Assembly: GCA_965202805.1 (NCBI GenBank)
Contig: OZ241869.1
Location: 3,520,001-3,584,000 of the forward strand
DNA: 64,000 nucleotides
Reading direction: 5' to 3'
Source of the DNA: Longimicrobiales bacterium
GTDB lineage: Bacteria; Gemmatimonadota; Gemmatimonadetes; Longimicrobiales; Gaopeijiaceae
Shown here: positions 18,779 through 27,514 of the stretch, in pieces
Numbering within the stretch: the stretch's first letter is position 1
How the letters are laid out: every line of letters begins with the position of its first letter
Notes under the pieces: model-generated
What the model was told of the DNA's origin: nothing
Databases searched by the model: none
Seen by the model: the letters and a program-made list of their open reading frames with translations, nothing else
Made by a program: the position numbers and the translations under genes

Positions 18779-20107
18779 TCAGCGGTCCGGTTCGGGCGGT
18801 CCACAGACTTGCTGTATCGTAACCCGGCCAAACGGAACCGTAACCCGGCCAGACAGACTAGCGCCTCCTTCGGCTCTCCAAGTCCTACAGACCTGCTCGA
18901 TATCCTCCTCGGATCTTATCCGAGTAACTCCCAGCTCGCGCGCAGCCTGCAGGAAGTAAGTTGCGATTCTACCACGGAGGGGCATCTCCAGCCGGACGCC
19001 GCCCTGGGCCTCCACCCGACTCATCCTACTCTCCAACAACTCACGCGCGACCCGCTCTGACTCACTCTCGACCCGCTCAGCCTCGGCTGATGATCGCGAT
19101 GGACGGCGGCGAGCCGACCTTGGTGTTCCAGTGCCTCTAGGATCTCGGCGAGGTTGAGCTGCCGCCCGCTGCGCGGTCTCCCGCCTGCGGTTCTCAGCTT
19201 CCGCCTCGGCGATCCGCTGCAGTAATTCTCGCTCTATTTCCTCGAAAATAGCCCGCCTACGGGTCTGGAGCTGATTCTCGAACAAGAGCCGTAAACTATC
19301 CATCCTAGCGACAAAGTCGGACCTGAGTCGGTTCCATTCCAGCTGAGCTTCGACCACGGGACACCAGAAGCGTACAGAGTCTGCGGCCGCTGCCAACCCG
19401 TCTAGAGGGAATTTCAAGACGCCCTTCAGTTCGATGCCAACCGAATCCCGGCCAAAATAGTGCGATGCCGCGTAGTCATGAGCCGAAACCCAGCCCTCAC
19501 GGAGAACCGTCTCAAGGTCACGAACGGCTTCAAGTGCCTCTTCTCCCAACGTGCGCATCCGTCCACTCTGGCCTCCGCGGGTGTTGAGATACAGATCATA
19601 GCCCATCACAACCTGTTCCATGGCGTAATCACGCTTCTCCTGCGTGTCGAATGCCATATCCGGCCTGAAGCCCATCTCGCCTTCGAGAAACCAGCCACCA
19701 TGGGTTGCTCGCGGCTGATACTCCCAAGCGTAGACACGGCCGTCCACGGCCATGCGCGCAACATCCAGCAGACCGAGCTGACCGCTGAGTTCCTCAAACA
19801 CCTCCTCGTCATCCACGAGCAACGACGTGTCCGGCATCGATACGCGGAAGAACAGACCATCCCGGTGCCCCGGTGGCTCACTCACCTGATCCACCCGACA
19901 CCAATACCCCACGGAAATTGGAATCGTATCGGGACCTGCCACCAGATTCTCCGAAGGCCCGTAGGTGCGAAACAGGCCGGTTCGCTGGCCAGTCAGGTTG
20001 TCGACCTCCGCCTCAACGGAGCCGGTCCACGTAACCTGATCCGCCGGATCACTACAGCCCCAGAGGGCAAAGCTAACCGCAAGCACAACCACAGCGCCTC
20101 TCGCCAT
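18779..20107 (-). CDS. Hypothetical lipoprotein with coiled-coil region (island cargo)
   Basis: Lipobox LWGC; RBS GGAGGAG; atypical codon usage; E/R-rich helical segment. Confidence 0.75.
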   Translation of the reverse strand: MARGAVVVLAVSFALWGCSDPADQVTWTGSVEAEVDNLTGQRTGLFRTYGPSENLVAGPDTIPISVGYWCRVDQVSEPPGHRDGLFFRVSMPDTSLLVDDEEVFEELSGQLGLLDVARMAVDGRVYAWEYQPRATHGGWFLEGEMGFRPDMAFDTQEKRDYAMEQVVMGYDLYLNTRGGQSGRMRTLGEEALEAVRDLETVLREGWVSAHDYAASHYFGRDSVGIELKGVLKFPLDGLAAAADSVRFWCPVVEAQLEWNRLRSDFVARMDSLRLLFENQLQTRRRAIFEEIERELLQRIAEAEAENRRRETAQRAAAQPRRDPRGTGTPRSARRRPSRSSAEAERVESESERVARELLESRMSRVEAQGGVRLEMPLRGRIATYFLQAARELGVTRIRSEEDIEQVCRTWRAEGGASLSGRVTVPFGRVTIQQVCGPPEPDR

Positions 20108-20454
20108 TGCTCCTCCCGAGTGAGTGGGTCCGAAGAGTCACCACAAGACCGAGATTGCTGCGGTTTGCCCGGCTGGCGCAAGGGGAAAGCCACAGGAGTT
20201 GTTGGGGGCGCAGCCGGATTCGCGCGCTGAGTAATCCTTCCTGCTGCAGGACGCTAGATGGCTGCTGGATCAGAACGGCAGCGACGAGTTTGCGCAGGAG
20301 CCATGTTTGTGAGGTTCTCGTGGAGCGGCGGTGTCCCCGAAGGGCACCCGATGTCGGAACGCCATTGCACGGAACCATCGGTTCCGCCAGCGGCGCCCCG
20401 GCGCTTCCTGCCCTCTGCCCTAGACCGGCGGTATGTGTGCGGCGGTGCCCCCGC

Positions 20455-20520
20455 CGCCTCGGCGCCGCCCCGGCCTACGGGACGGTGTGAAGCCGTCCCT
20501 CTAGCCGGGGTCGAGCCCCC
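20455..20520 (-). repeat. Structured module X2
   Basis: Reverse-complement homologue of 18180-18248 with a different 7-nt loop. Confidence 0.7.
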
Positions 20521-20576
20521 CCTTCCCACCCGGACGGAAGGAGGGACAAACCCAACGGCTTGAGCACCCAACGGTG

Positions 20577-20870
20577 CTACGGGCCAGCGCCTCGGTCCAC
20601 CCGGCTGCGGAAGTGCCTCGACGGCTGGAAGACAGCTGCAACACGCGGTGGAACCGCTACCGGCTCGCCGGTTCTGGGATTGCACGCCGTGCGGGCCTTG
20701 CGGTGCCGAACCTTGAAGGTGCCGAAGCCCCGGAGCTCGATGCGGTCGCCTTGAGCGAACGCTTCCCGCACGGCATCGAGGAAGGCGTCGACCACCAGCC
20801 CGCAGTCCCTCTTGGTGACTCGCGGTCCGATCATATCGGCAGCCTGCTCAACGAGGTCGGCTTTGGTCAT
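20577..20870 (-). CDS. HU/IHF-family DNA-binding protein
   Basis: MTKADLV...RIELRGFGTF...NPRTGE...VFQPS. Confidence 0.92.
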   Translation of the reverse strand: MTKADLVEQAADMIGPRVTKRDCGLVVDAFLDAVREAFAQGDRIELRGFGTFKVRHRKARTACNPRTGEPVAVPPRVAAVFQPSRHFRSRVDRGAGP

Positions 20871-21080
20871 CCCTTTCTCCTCGCGGTGAAGTGCGGCCAA
20901 GTCCATGAGTTCCATTATGATAACTTGCAGGCCGTGGCCTCCGCGAAGAATCTGGACTGCCGCTCCCGCCGAGCCCGCGTGGTTACGAGTCGCCATGGGA
21001 CGAGACCGGATCCGGTGGAATGATCGGACGGCAAACGGGGAGACGGGACCAATCCGTGGTATTCCGCTACCAACCGCGCA

Positions 21081-21101
21081 AAGGGTGATCGCAAGGGTGA
21101 C
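21081..21101. repeat. Right-end arm-type repeats AAGGGTGA x2
   Basis: AAGGGTGAT at 21081 and AAGGGTGAC at 21093; same motif and 12-bp spacing as at the left end. Confidence 0.6.
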
Positions 21102-21130
21102 TCAGGGAGGGTTCATAATATCCTAACTGA

Positions 21131-21943
21131 TTAGCACAATATAGGTTTATGTAGTATTTCTGTTCGGAGTTCCAGGCTTGGGAGATCCACTCCGTGGGCC
21201 TCGACCCGCCAGCGCTCGCCGGGAGCGAGCGGCTGAAGCGCGGTCATGGTCCCGGTGCTGACGACGCGCTCGCCCGGCGAGTGCGTCGGATTCTCGAAGT
21301 TCGACCGCAACCGCGGGACGAACTCGAGCGCCTTGCGCGGATGGCCGAGCACGGCGCTCCCGCGTCCCTCCGCCACCGCCTCATCGTTCCGGGAGAGCCG
21401 GACCTCGAGCCGGTCGAGTCGTTCGATCGATTCCGCGAACCCGGCCGCGGCGCGAGGGACGCGCGGGCCGACGACCAGCGCGGCATGCAGCGCGAAGTCC
21501 GCCACCGAGTCGGCGGGCGTGAGATCCCAGCCGTAGTGGCAATCAACGACTTCGAAACCGATGGCCATCCACGCGGGGCGACTCCAGTCCGGCGCGCCCC
21601 CTTCCGCCTCGATCCCGAACACGACCTCGACCTCGATGCGCGGCGCGCAGAAGCCGGCCAGCGACAGCGCGGCCACGGGTGTCGCGGTCCGCACCGTTCG
21701 GTCGTAGACAGGCCCCAGAATCGGCTCGGCGATCCCGAACCGCGGCCAGACGGTCCTGTTGGTGAACCCCACCTTCCACCCGGCGCGGCGGTACCCGCGC
21801 TCCCGCAGGCGCCGGTCGAGGGCCGCGCCCACGCGGTACGCGCCTTCGAGGTCGAGCCCCGTTACCTGGTTGGTCGGAGCGGGAGTGGTGATTCGCCGGT
21901 CGCGGGCCGCCAACATCGCGCGCACAAGTTCGGATTCGGTCAC
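21131..21943 (-). CDS. 2-keto-4-pentenoate hydratase / FAA-hydrolase family protein with island-derived C-terminus
   Basis: GWKVGFT, PRIEVEVVF, FEVVD, VADFA, VLGHP, VSTGT. Confidence 0.85.
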   Translation of the reverse strand: MTESELVRAMLAARDRRITTPAPTNQVTGLDLEGAYRVGAALDRRLRERGYRRAGWKVGFTNRTVWPRFGIAEPILGPVYDRTVRTATPVAALSLAGFCAPRIEVEVVFGIEAEGGAPDWSRPAWMAIGFEVVDCHYGWDLTPADSVADFALHAALVVGPRVPRAAAGFAESIERLDRLEVRLSRNDEAVAEGRGSAVLGHPRKALEFVPRLRSNFENPTHSPGERVVSTGTMTALQPLAPGERWRVEAHGVDLPSLELRTEILHKPILC

Positions 21944-22037
21944 GCCGCCGCTCCCGGCCCCCGGAGACGTGCCGCCCCGGCCCGAACTTCCGTCGCCCGG
22001 CAGCGCGGCGCGCGGCCCGTCAACCCGGCCAACAGCC

Positions 22038-23255
22038 CTAACCCCCCGCCAGCCGGTTGTACTTCCGCAGGATGTCGCGCAGGCGGTCGTGCGGCAGCGC
22101 GTGGATGGTCCAGTCGTTGGCGCCGGTCATGGTCTCCCCCGCCACCAGCGCGTTGATCACGGCCTCCTCGGTGCCCTCCACGGTCGCACGGAAAATGCCG
22201 TCCAGGCGGCCGTTCGGCAGCATGACCAGCGGGACCTCTCCCTCGCCGCCGACAGTCGCCTCCCGGTTCGCGGTCGAGAAGGCCATGAAGATGTCGCCCG
22301 AGCCGCCGGTGGACACGCTGCCGTTGCGCGCCAGGCCCAGGGAGATGCGGCGCGACACCCGCTTGAGCTGGTTGGGCAGCAGGGGCGCGTCGGTCGCCAC
22401 CACCACGATGATGGAGCCGTCCCGGCTGGCTGGCGGCGGCTCCGGGGGCGCATCGGTCGCGTCGCCCGGCTCCGGCCTTTCCGGCAGCAGGTCGGGAATC
22501 TCCTGCCCCACGGGCACGCCCGCGACCCGCAGGAGGTCGCGCGAGCCGTAGTTGCACTGCACCAGCACGCCCACCGTATACGTGGCGTCCCCGACTTCCA
22601 CGACCCGCGACGCCGTCCCGATCCCGGCCTTGAACCGGTGGCAGCGCATCCCGGTGCCGCCCCCCACATTCCCTTCGATCACAGGCCCGCCGGTCGCAGA
22701 CTCCATCGCCGCGATCGCGTCGGCCTCGGTGACGTGCTGCCCGCGGATGTCGTTCAGCGTCCCGTCCCAGGTCTCGGCCACCACCGGGAGCGCGTTGAGC
22801 CACGCCCCGCTCCCCGTCTCGACGCTCTTCGCCGCCCCGTAGCGGATGACCGCGTGGTGCACGATCCCGACGCTCAGGGTGTTGGTGATCATCAGCGGGG
22901 TGTCCATCATGCCCCGGTCCTCCACCCAGGTGGTGCCGGTCATCTCGCCGTCCCCGTTGAGCGAGAACCACGCCGCGAACACCGGCGCCGGGTCGTCGTT
23001 GCCGCGCGGCCAGATCGCGGTCACGCCGGTGCGCACCGGCCCTTCCCCCACGACCAGCGGGCCGCTCCCGCGGATGATGGTGGCGTGCCCCACGGTGACT
23101 CCGGGCACATCCGTGATGGCGTTCAGCGGACCGGGGGCGCCGTCGAACGGAACCCCGAGGTCGCGCGCCCTCGGCCTGTCCGCATCCTGGCCCGCCACCT
23201 GTCCGGCCATCGCGACCAGCGCGACGGTCGCGACGATCAAAGTCATGTGCCTCAT
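22038..23255 (-). CDS. dmpA: DmpA/P1 (S58) aminopeptidase, secreted
   Basis: Signal peptide; NAITDVPGVTVGH, LNGDGEMTG, PVVAETWD, EGNVGGGTGM, autoprocessing DG/SIIVVVATDAP. Confidence 0.88.
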   Translation of the reverse strand: MRHMTLIVATVALVAMAGQVAGQDADRPRARDLGVPFDGAPGPLNAITDVPGVTVGHATIIRGSGPLVVGEGPVRTGVTAIWPRGNDDPAPVFAAWFSLNGDGEMTGTTWVEDRGMMDTPLMITNTLSVGIVHHAVIRYGAAKSVETGSGAWLNALPVVAETWDGTLNDIRGQHVTEADAIAAMESATGGPVIEGNVGGGTGMRCHRFKAGIGTASRVVEVGDATYTVGVLVQCNYGSRDLLRVAGVPVGQEIPDLLPERPEPGDATDAPPEPPPASRDGSIIVVVATDAPLLPNQLKRVSRRISLGLARNGSVSTGGSGDIFMAFSTANREATVGGEGEVPLVMLPNGRLDGIFRATVEGTEEAVINALVAGETMTGANDWTIHALPHDRLRDILRKYNRLAGG

Positions 23256-23412
23256 GGGTTCACCTCCGGTCTGTTCCCGCCCTGCTCACCGAGTTCATCC
23301 TAGGGCGCGTTGGGGTTGGCGGCCATCGACACCCGCAGAACCGGTCGTTCCCCGCCCGCGTTCCCGGCCCGGTTCCAGGCAGCAGACGTCGCAGAGCGCG
23401 GAGCCGCTTTGG

Positions 23413-23463
23413 TGTGGACAAGTGACATGTTTTCGGGCCAGTAGTGGATAATCCTGTGGATAA
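23413..23463. promoter_or_regulatory. Cluster of three DnaA-box-like motifs
   Basis: TGTGGACAA (23413), AGTGGATAA (23443) and perfect TGTGGATAA (23455), all in the same orientation in an intergenic region. Confidence 0.55.
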
Positions 23464-23720
23464 AACCGGGCTTTGGTGCGAAACGGAACGCCAGCTTCCA
23501 CCGTAGCCCACGGCGAAGAGCACCGGCAAGGGGGGAAACGTCGCGCTGCCCGGCCGAGGTCCCGCGCTGCCCGCGGCACTCGCACAAGTTCCGCCGCCGG
23601 GCTATCTTCGGCCTTCGCCGGGAGAGTCCATCCCGCCCATCCATCGATGGAACACCTCGGATCCGGAGAGGCACCGGATCCCGCGAGGGACAAGCGACCA
23701 ACACCGCACGGGGAAGGAAC

Positions 23721-24416
23721 ATGACCTGCACCAAGGCCTTCGCGGCGCGCATCAGGCTGGGGGCTCCGATACTGGGACTGGCGCTCCTCTGGGGATGCGC
23801 CGGAGACGCAAGCGACGACACCGAGGGACCCGACGTGACCAATCCGCTGATGAGACCGGCCGAGCTGGCCGAGACCGCGCCCGACGTCTACCGGGCCCGC
23901 TTCCAGACCAACGAAGGCGTGTTCGTGGTGGAGGTGAACCGCGCGTGGGCTCCCAACGGCGCCGATCGCTTCTACGTCCTGGTGAAGAACGGGTACTTCG
24001 ACGACGCCCGCTTCTTCCGGGTGATCGAGGGCTTCATGGCCCAGTTCGGCATGCACGCCGATCCCTACGTCACGGCCGCCTGGCGCAACCACCCCATCCC
24101 CGACGATCCGGTGACGCAGAGCAATCTGCGCGGGCATCTCACCTTTGCAGCCACGAGCCTGCCCAACTCGCGCACCACGCAGGTGTTCATCAACCTGGTG
24201 GACAACACCAACCTGGACGGAATGGGGTTCGCTCCCGTTGGTCAGGTCGTGGAGGGGATGGAGGTCGTGGACAACATCTACTCCGGCTACGGCGAAGCCG
24301 CTCCGGCCGGCAATGGCCCCCTCCAGCAGAACATCTCCGCCCGCGGCAACGCCTACCTGACCGAAAGCTTCCCCGAGCTCGACTACGTGGAGCAGGCCAC
24401 CATCGAGGGAAGCTGA
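23721..24416 (+). CDS. Cyclophilin-type peptidyl-prolyl isomerase, lipoprotein
   Basis: Lipobox LWGC; WAPNGADRF, FFRVIEGFMAQFG, RTTQVFINL, GQVVEGM. Confidence 0.9.
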   Translation: MTCTKAFAARIRLGAPILGLALLWGCAGDASDDTEGPDVTNPLMRPAELAETAPDVYRARFQTNEGVFVVEVNRAWAPNGADRFYVLVKNGYFDDARFFRVIEGFMAQFGMHADPYVTAAWRNHPIPDDPVTQSNLRGHLTFAATSLPNSRTTQVFINLVDNTNLDGMGFAPVGQVVEGMEVVDNIYSGYGEAAPAGNGPLQQNISARGNAYLTESFPELDYVEQATIEGS

Positions 24417-24437
24417 CGGCGACATGACCCCGCGTTT

Positions 24438-24466
24438 TTGACACCGGGAAACCCGCGCCGTACTCT
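24438..24466 (+). promoter_or_regulatory. Sigma70-like promoter of the second susCD pair
   Basis: TTGACA-17 nt-TACTCT. Confidence 0.6.
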
Positions 24467-24640
24467 GTTCGTTGGGCAGGAGTCCCGGTGCGCCTGGACC
24501 TCGGCCCGTTTGCGTTTTGGTAGGAGATCCGCCGCACCGAGCGGGCTCCTGCGCAGGAGCGGAGACGCATGACTCATCGTGCGGAGGAGGAGGACGATAT
24601 GGAGTATCAGCCACGGAACCCCCAAACGAGGACAAGCACC

Positions 24641-27502
24641 ATGCAATCACCCTGGCGAACCATGCTGGCCGCGGGTGTGCTGGCTCTCTTCCTCGCGCCT
24701 CCGCTCGAGGCGCAGGAAAACGGCCGCATCACCGGGGTCGTAACCGAATCCGGCTCGGGCGGGCCGGTCTCGGAGGCGCAGGTCTACCTCCCGGACCAGG
24801 CACTCGGCGGGCTCTCCCGCGCCAACGGGCGCTACCTCATCATCAACGTCCCGCCGGGCACCTACACGGTACGCGCGGAGCGCATCGGGCTCGGTTCCGC
24901 CGAGCAGGAGGTGACGGTCGGCGCGGGCGAGACCGTGACCGCCAATTTCGTGCTGGAGGAGCTCGCCCTCGGTCTCGACGAGATCGTGGTCACCGGGACC
25001 GCCGGGGCGGCCCGCCGCCGCGAGATCGGCAACTCCATCGCCCAGATCAACGTCACGGAGCTGCCCGACAGGCCGGTCCAGATGGTTGACCTGCTCCAGG
25101 GTGCGGCTCCGGGTCTCGACCTGAGCGCCACCGGTGGCGAGCTGGGCGTCGCTCCCGCTATCCGCCTGCGGGGCAACTCCAGCGTCTCGATGAGCAACAA
25201 CCCCATCATCTACATCGACGGGGTGCGCATGCGCAGCGAGCCGCTGGCGCACGTGGCGGCTCCGGATCACCGCGGCATCCGCGGGTCCAATACCTCGAAA
25301 ACGCCGCTCAACTCGATCAACCCGAACGACATCGAGCGCATCGAGATCATCAAGGGCTCCGCGGCGACGACGCTATACGGCACCGAGGCGTCCGCCGGCG
25401 TGATCCAGATCTTCACCAAGCGCGGGTCCGTGGGGGCGCCCCAGTGGACGATGGAAAGCCAGCAGGGCGCCGTGTGGAGCCGCAAGTTCGGCAACTACCC
25501 GGACTCGCCTTTCCCCTACCTGCGCATGGAGCCCTTCCTCAAGACGGGCCACAACCAGCACTACATGAGCTCGGTGCGCGGCGGGCTGGAGAACCTGCAG
25601 TACTTCGTCTCGGGCTCCTTCTCCGACCAGGAAGGCTACCTGCCCAACGAGTACAGCACCGAATGGATCACCCGCGGCAACTTCACCTTCACGCCGCTTC
25701 CCAACTTCCAGATTCAGTGGAACACCTCGTATTCCAGCGAGTCCGCGCAGCAGCTCTCCCAGAGCAACGCGCAGGGGCTGGGCCACAACGTGTACCGGGG
25801 CAAGGCGAACTACTTCACCGACGACTCGCCGGAGGTCATCAAGGCGAGCGTGCTCGCCTTCGACATCCGCCACACCATCGACCGCTTCACCACCGGCGGC
25901 ACCTTCACCTACACGCCGATGGCGGATCTGACCAATCGTTTCACCATCGGGTACGACTGGCTGCAGCAGGACTCGCGCAACCTGCGCCCGTTCGGCTTCC
26001 GCTTCCGTCCCCGGGGCGCGCTGCTCAACCACCACTGGCAGAATCAGCTCATCACCTTCGACTACGTCGGCACCTACAGCTTCGACCTGATGGACGGCCT
26101 GCGCTCCAACTTCTCCTGGGGCGGCCAGGCGGTCGGCGACGACGAGCACACCGTCGAGGCCTGGGGCGAGGGCTTCCCGGGCGCCGAGGAGCCCACCGTC
26201 AACTCCGCCGCCGCGACTCAGGGATTCGAGACGCGGCAGAAGGTCTGGAACGCCGGCTTCTTCTTCCAGAACGTCTTCGACATCAACAACAAGTACTTCA
26301 TCACCGGCGGCGTGCGCGTAGACGGCAACAGCGCCTTCGGCGAGGGCTTCGGCCTTCAGGTCTATCCCAAGATCAGCGGTTCCTGGGTGCTCTCCGACGA
26401 GGACTTCTGGGATCCCGGCATGGGCTCGCTGAAGCTGCGCGCCGCCTGGGGCAGGTCGGGACGCGCGCCGGGCGCGTTCGACGCGGTGCGCACCTGGGAG
26501 GCCGCGGGTCTGAACGACCAGCCCGCCTTCCTCCCCCAGAACCTCGGTAATCCGGATCTGGGTCCCGAGGTCACCACCGAGCTGGAAGGGGGGTTCGACG
26601 CCTCATTCCTGAACGATCGGCTGGCGATCGACTTCACCTACTACTACCAGAAGACGACCGACGCGCTCTTCCCGGTGTTGCAGGTGCCGTCCAACGGGTT
26701 CCAGACCAGCCAGCTCGAGAACATCGGGGAGCTGATAAACGAGGGATTCGAGATCGCCGTCAACACCACCCCGTTCGTCAGCGCCGACTACGAGTGGAAC
26801 GTCGGCCTCAACATCTCCACCAACAAGTCCGAAGTGCTCGACCTGGGCGGCGCACAGGCCTTCCCGGCCGGCCAGGGCACCTGGATCCTTATTGGAGAAC
26901 CGGCTCCGGTTGTTCGTAACCACTGGGTCACCAATCCCGACGAGATCGGCGATCCCGTGATCGAGCAGAATCACGTCTTCGGTCCAAACTTCCCCACGCT
27001 GAACATCGGCCCCAACACGAGCCTGCGGCTGCCGGGCGGGATCTTCATCTCCGCGGCGGGCGAGTTCAAGGGCGGTCACTACCTGCGCGACTCGAACGTC
27101 CACCCGGGCGGCATCAGCCGGGGCGCCAAGATGCCGCTGTGCTGGCCCTACTACGAGGACAAGGCCAACAACACCAACATCACGCTCCTGGACTCGACCC
27201 CCGCGCTCTGGCGCGCCCGCTGCACCCCGACCCTCATTCGGCGCATCGGTCTGGTCTGGGACGCGGACTTCTTCCGGCTGCGCAGCCTGAGCGCGCAGGT
27301 GCCGGTCGACTTCGTATTCCCGGAGCGGATCAGCAGCGCGCTGCTGACGCTCGCCCTCAACAACTCCTATACCTGGAAGCGGATGCCGTATCTCGATCCC
27401 GAGATGCGCGGCAACCAGGGAGGAATAGATCTCGCGCAGGCCATCGCGGCCCGTAACCCGACTCCCATCAGCTTCCGGGCCTCGCTCCGGATCCAGTTCT
27501 AG
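24641..27502 (+). CDS. SusC/RagA-like TonB-dependent receptor
   Basis: Signal peptide; LDEIVVTG; IERIEIIKGSAATTLYG; LGNPDLGPE; C-terminal Phe. Start could be 24599. Confidence 0.9.
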   Translation: MQSPWRTMLAAGVLALFLAPPLEAQENGRITGVVTESGSGGPVSEAQVYLPDQALGGLSRANGRYLIINVPPGTYTVRAERIGLGSAEQEVTVGAGETVTANFVLEELALGLDEIVVTGTAGAARRREIGNSIAQINVTELPDRPVQMVDLLQGAAPGLDLSATGGELGVAPAIRLRGNSSVSMSNNPIIYIDGVRMRSEPLAHVAAPDHRGIRGSNTSKTPLNSINPNDIERIEIIKGSAATTLYGTEASAGVIQIFTKRGSVGAPQWTMESQQGAVWSRKFGNYPDSPFPYLRMEPFLKTGHNQHYMSSVRGGLENLQYFVSGSFSDQEGYLPNEYSTEWITRGNFTFTPLPNFQIQWNTSYSSESAQQLSQSNAQGLGHNVYRGKANYFTDDSPEVIKASVLAFDIRHTIDRFTTGGTFTYTPMADLTNRFTIGYDWLQQDSRNLRPFGFRFRPRGALLNHHWQNQLITFDYVGTYSFDLMDGLRSNFSWGGQAVGDDEHTVEAWGEGFPGAEEPTVNSAAATQGFETRQKVWNAGFFFQNVFDINNKYFITGGVRVDGNSAFGEGFGLQVYPKISGSWVLSDEDFWDPGMGSLKLRAAWGRSGRAPGAFDAVRTWEAAGLNDQPAFLPQNLGNPDLGPEVTTELEGGFDASFLNDRLAIDFTYYYQKTTDALFPVLQVPSNGFQTSQLENIGELINEGFEIAVNTTPFVSADYEWNVGLNISTNKSEVLDLGGAQAFPAGQGTWILIGEPAPVVRNHWVTNPDEIGDPVIEQNHVFGPNFPTLNIGPNTSLRLPGGIFISAAGEFKGGHYLRDSNVHPGGISRGAKMPLCWPYYEDKANNTNITLLDSTPALWRARCTPTLIRRIGLVWDADFFRLRSLSAQVPVDFVFPERISSALLTLALNNSYTWKRMPYLDPEMRGNQGGIDLAQAIAARNPTPISFRASLRIQF

Positions 27503-27514
27503 GAGGACGGAACG

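Larger units (their letters stand above)
11224..21175. mobile_element. Integrative island with P4-like tyrosine integrase, inserted in the 3' end of the hydratase gene
   Basis: Direct repeat GAGTTCCAG at 11224-11232 and 21167-21175. The displaced gene tail LELVLED* lies at 11232-11209 on the minus strand. AGGGTGA repeats at both ends; AT-rich ends; integrase and IHF/HU genes inside. Confidence 0.8.

Noticed and set aside
17648..20585. Integron attC array
   Set aside because: AAC/GTT lies in hairpin loops rather than as paired R''/R' ends, and the integrase is P4-like rather than IntI.
23300..23720. Chromosomal oriC
   Set aside because: Only three boxes, no AT-rich unwinding region and no dnaA/dnaN neighbours.
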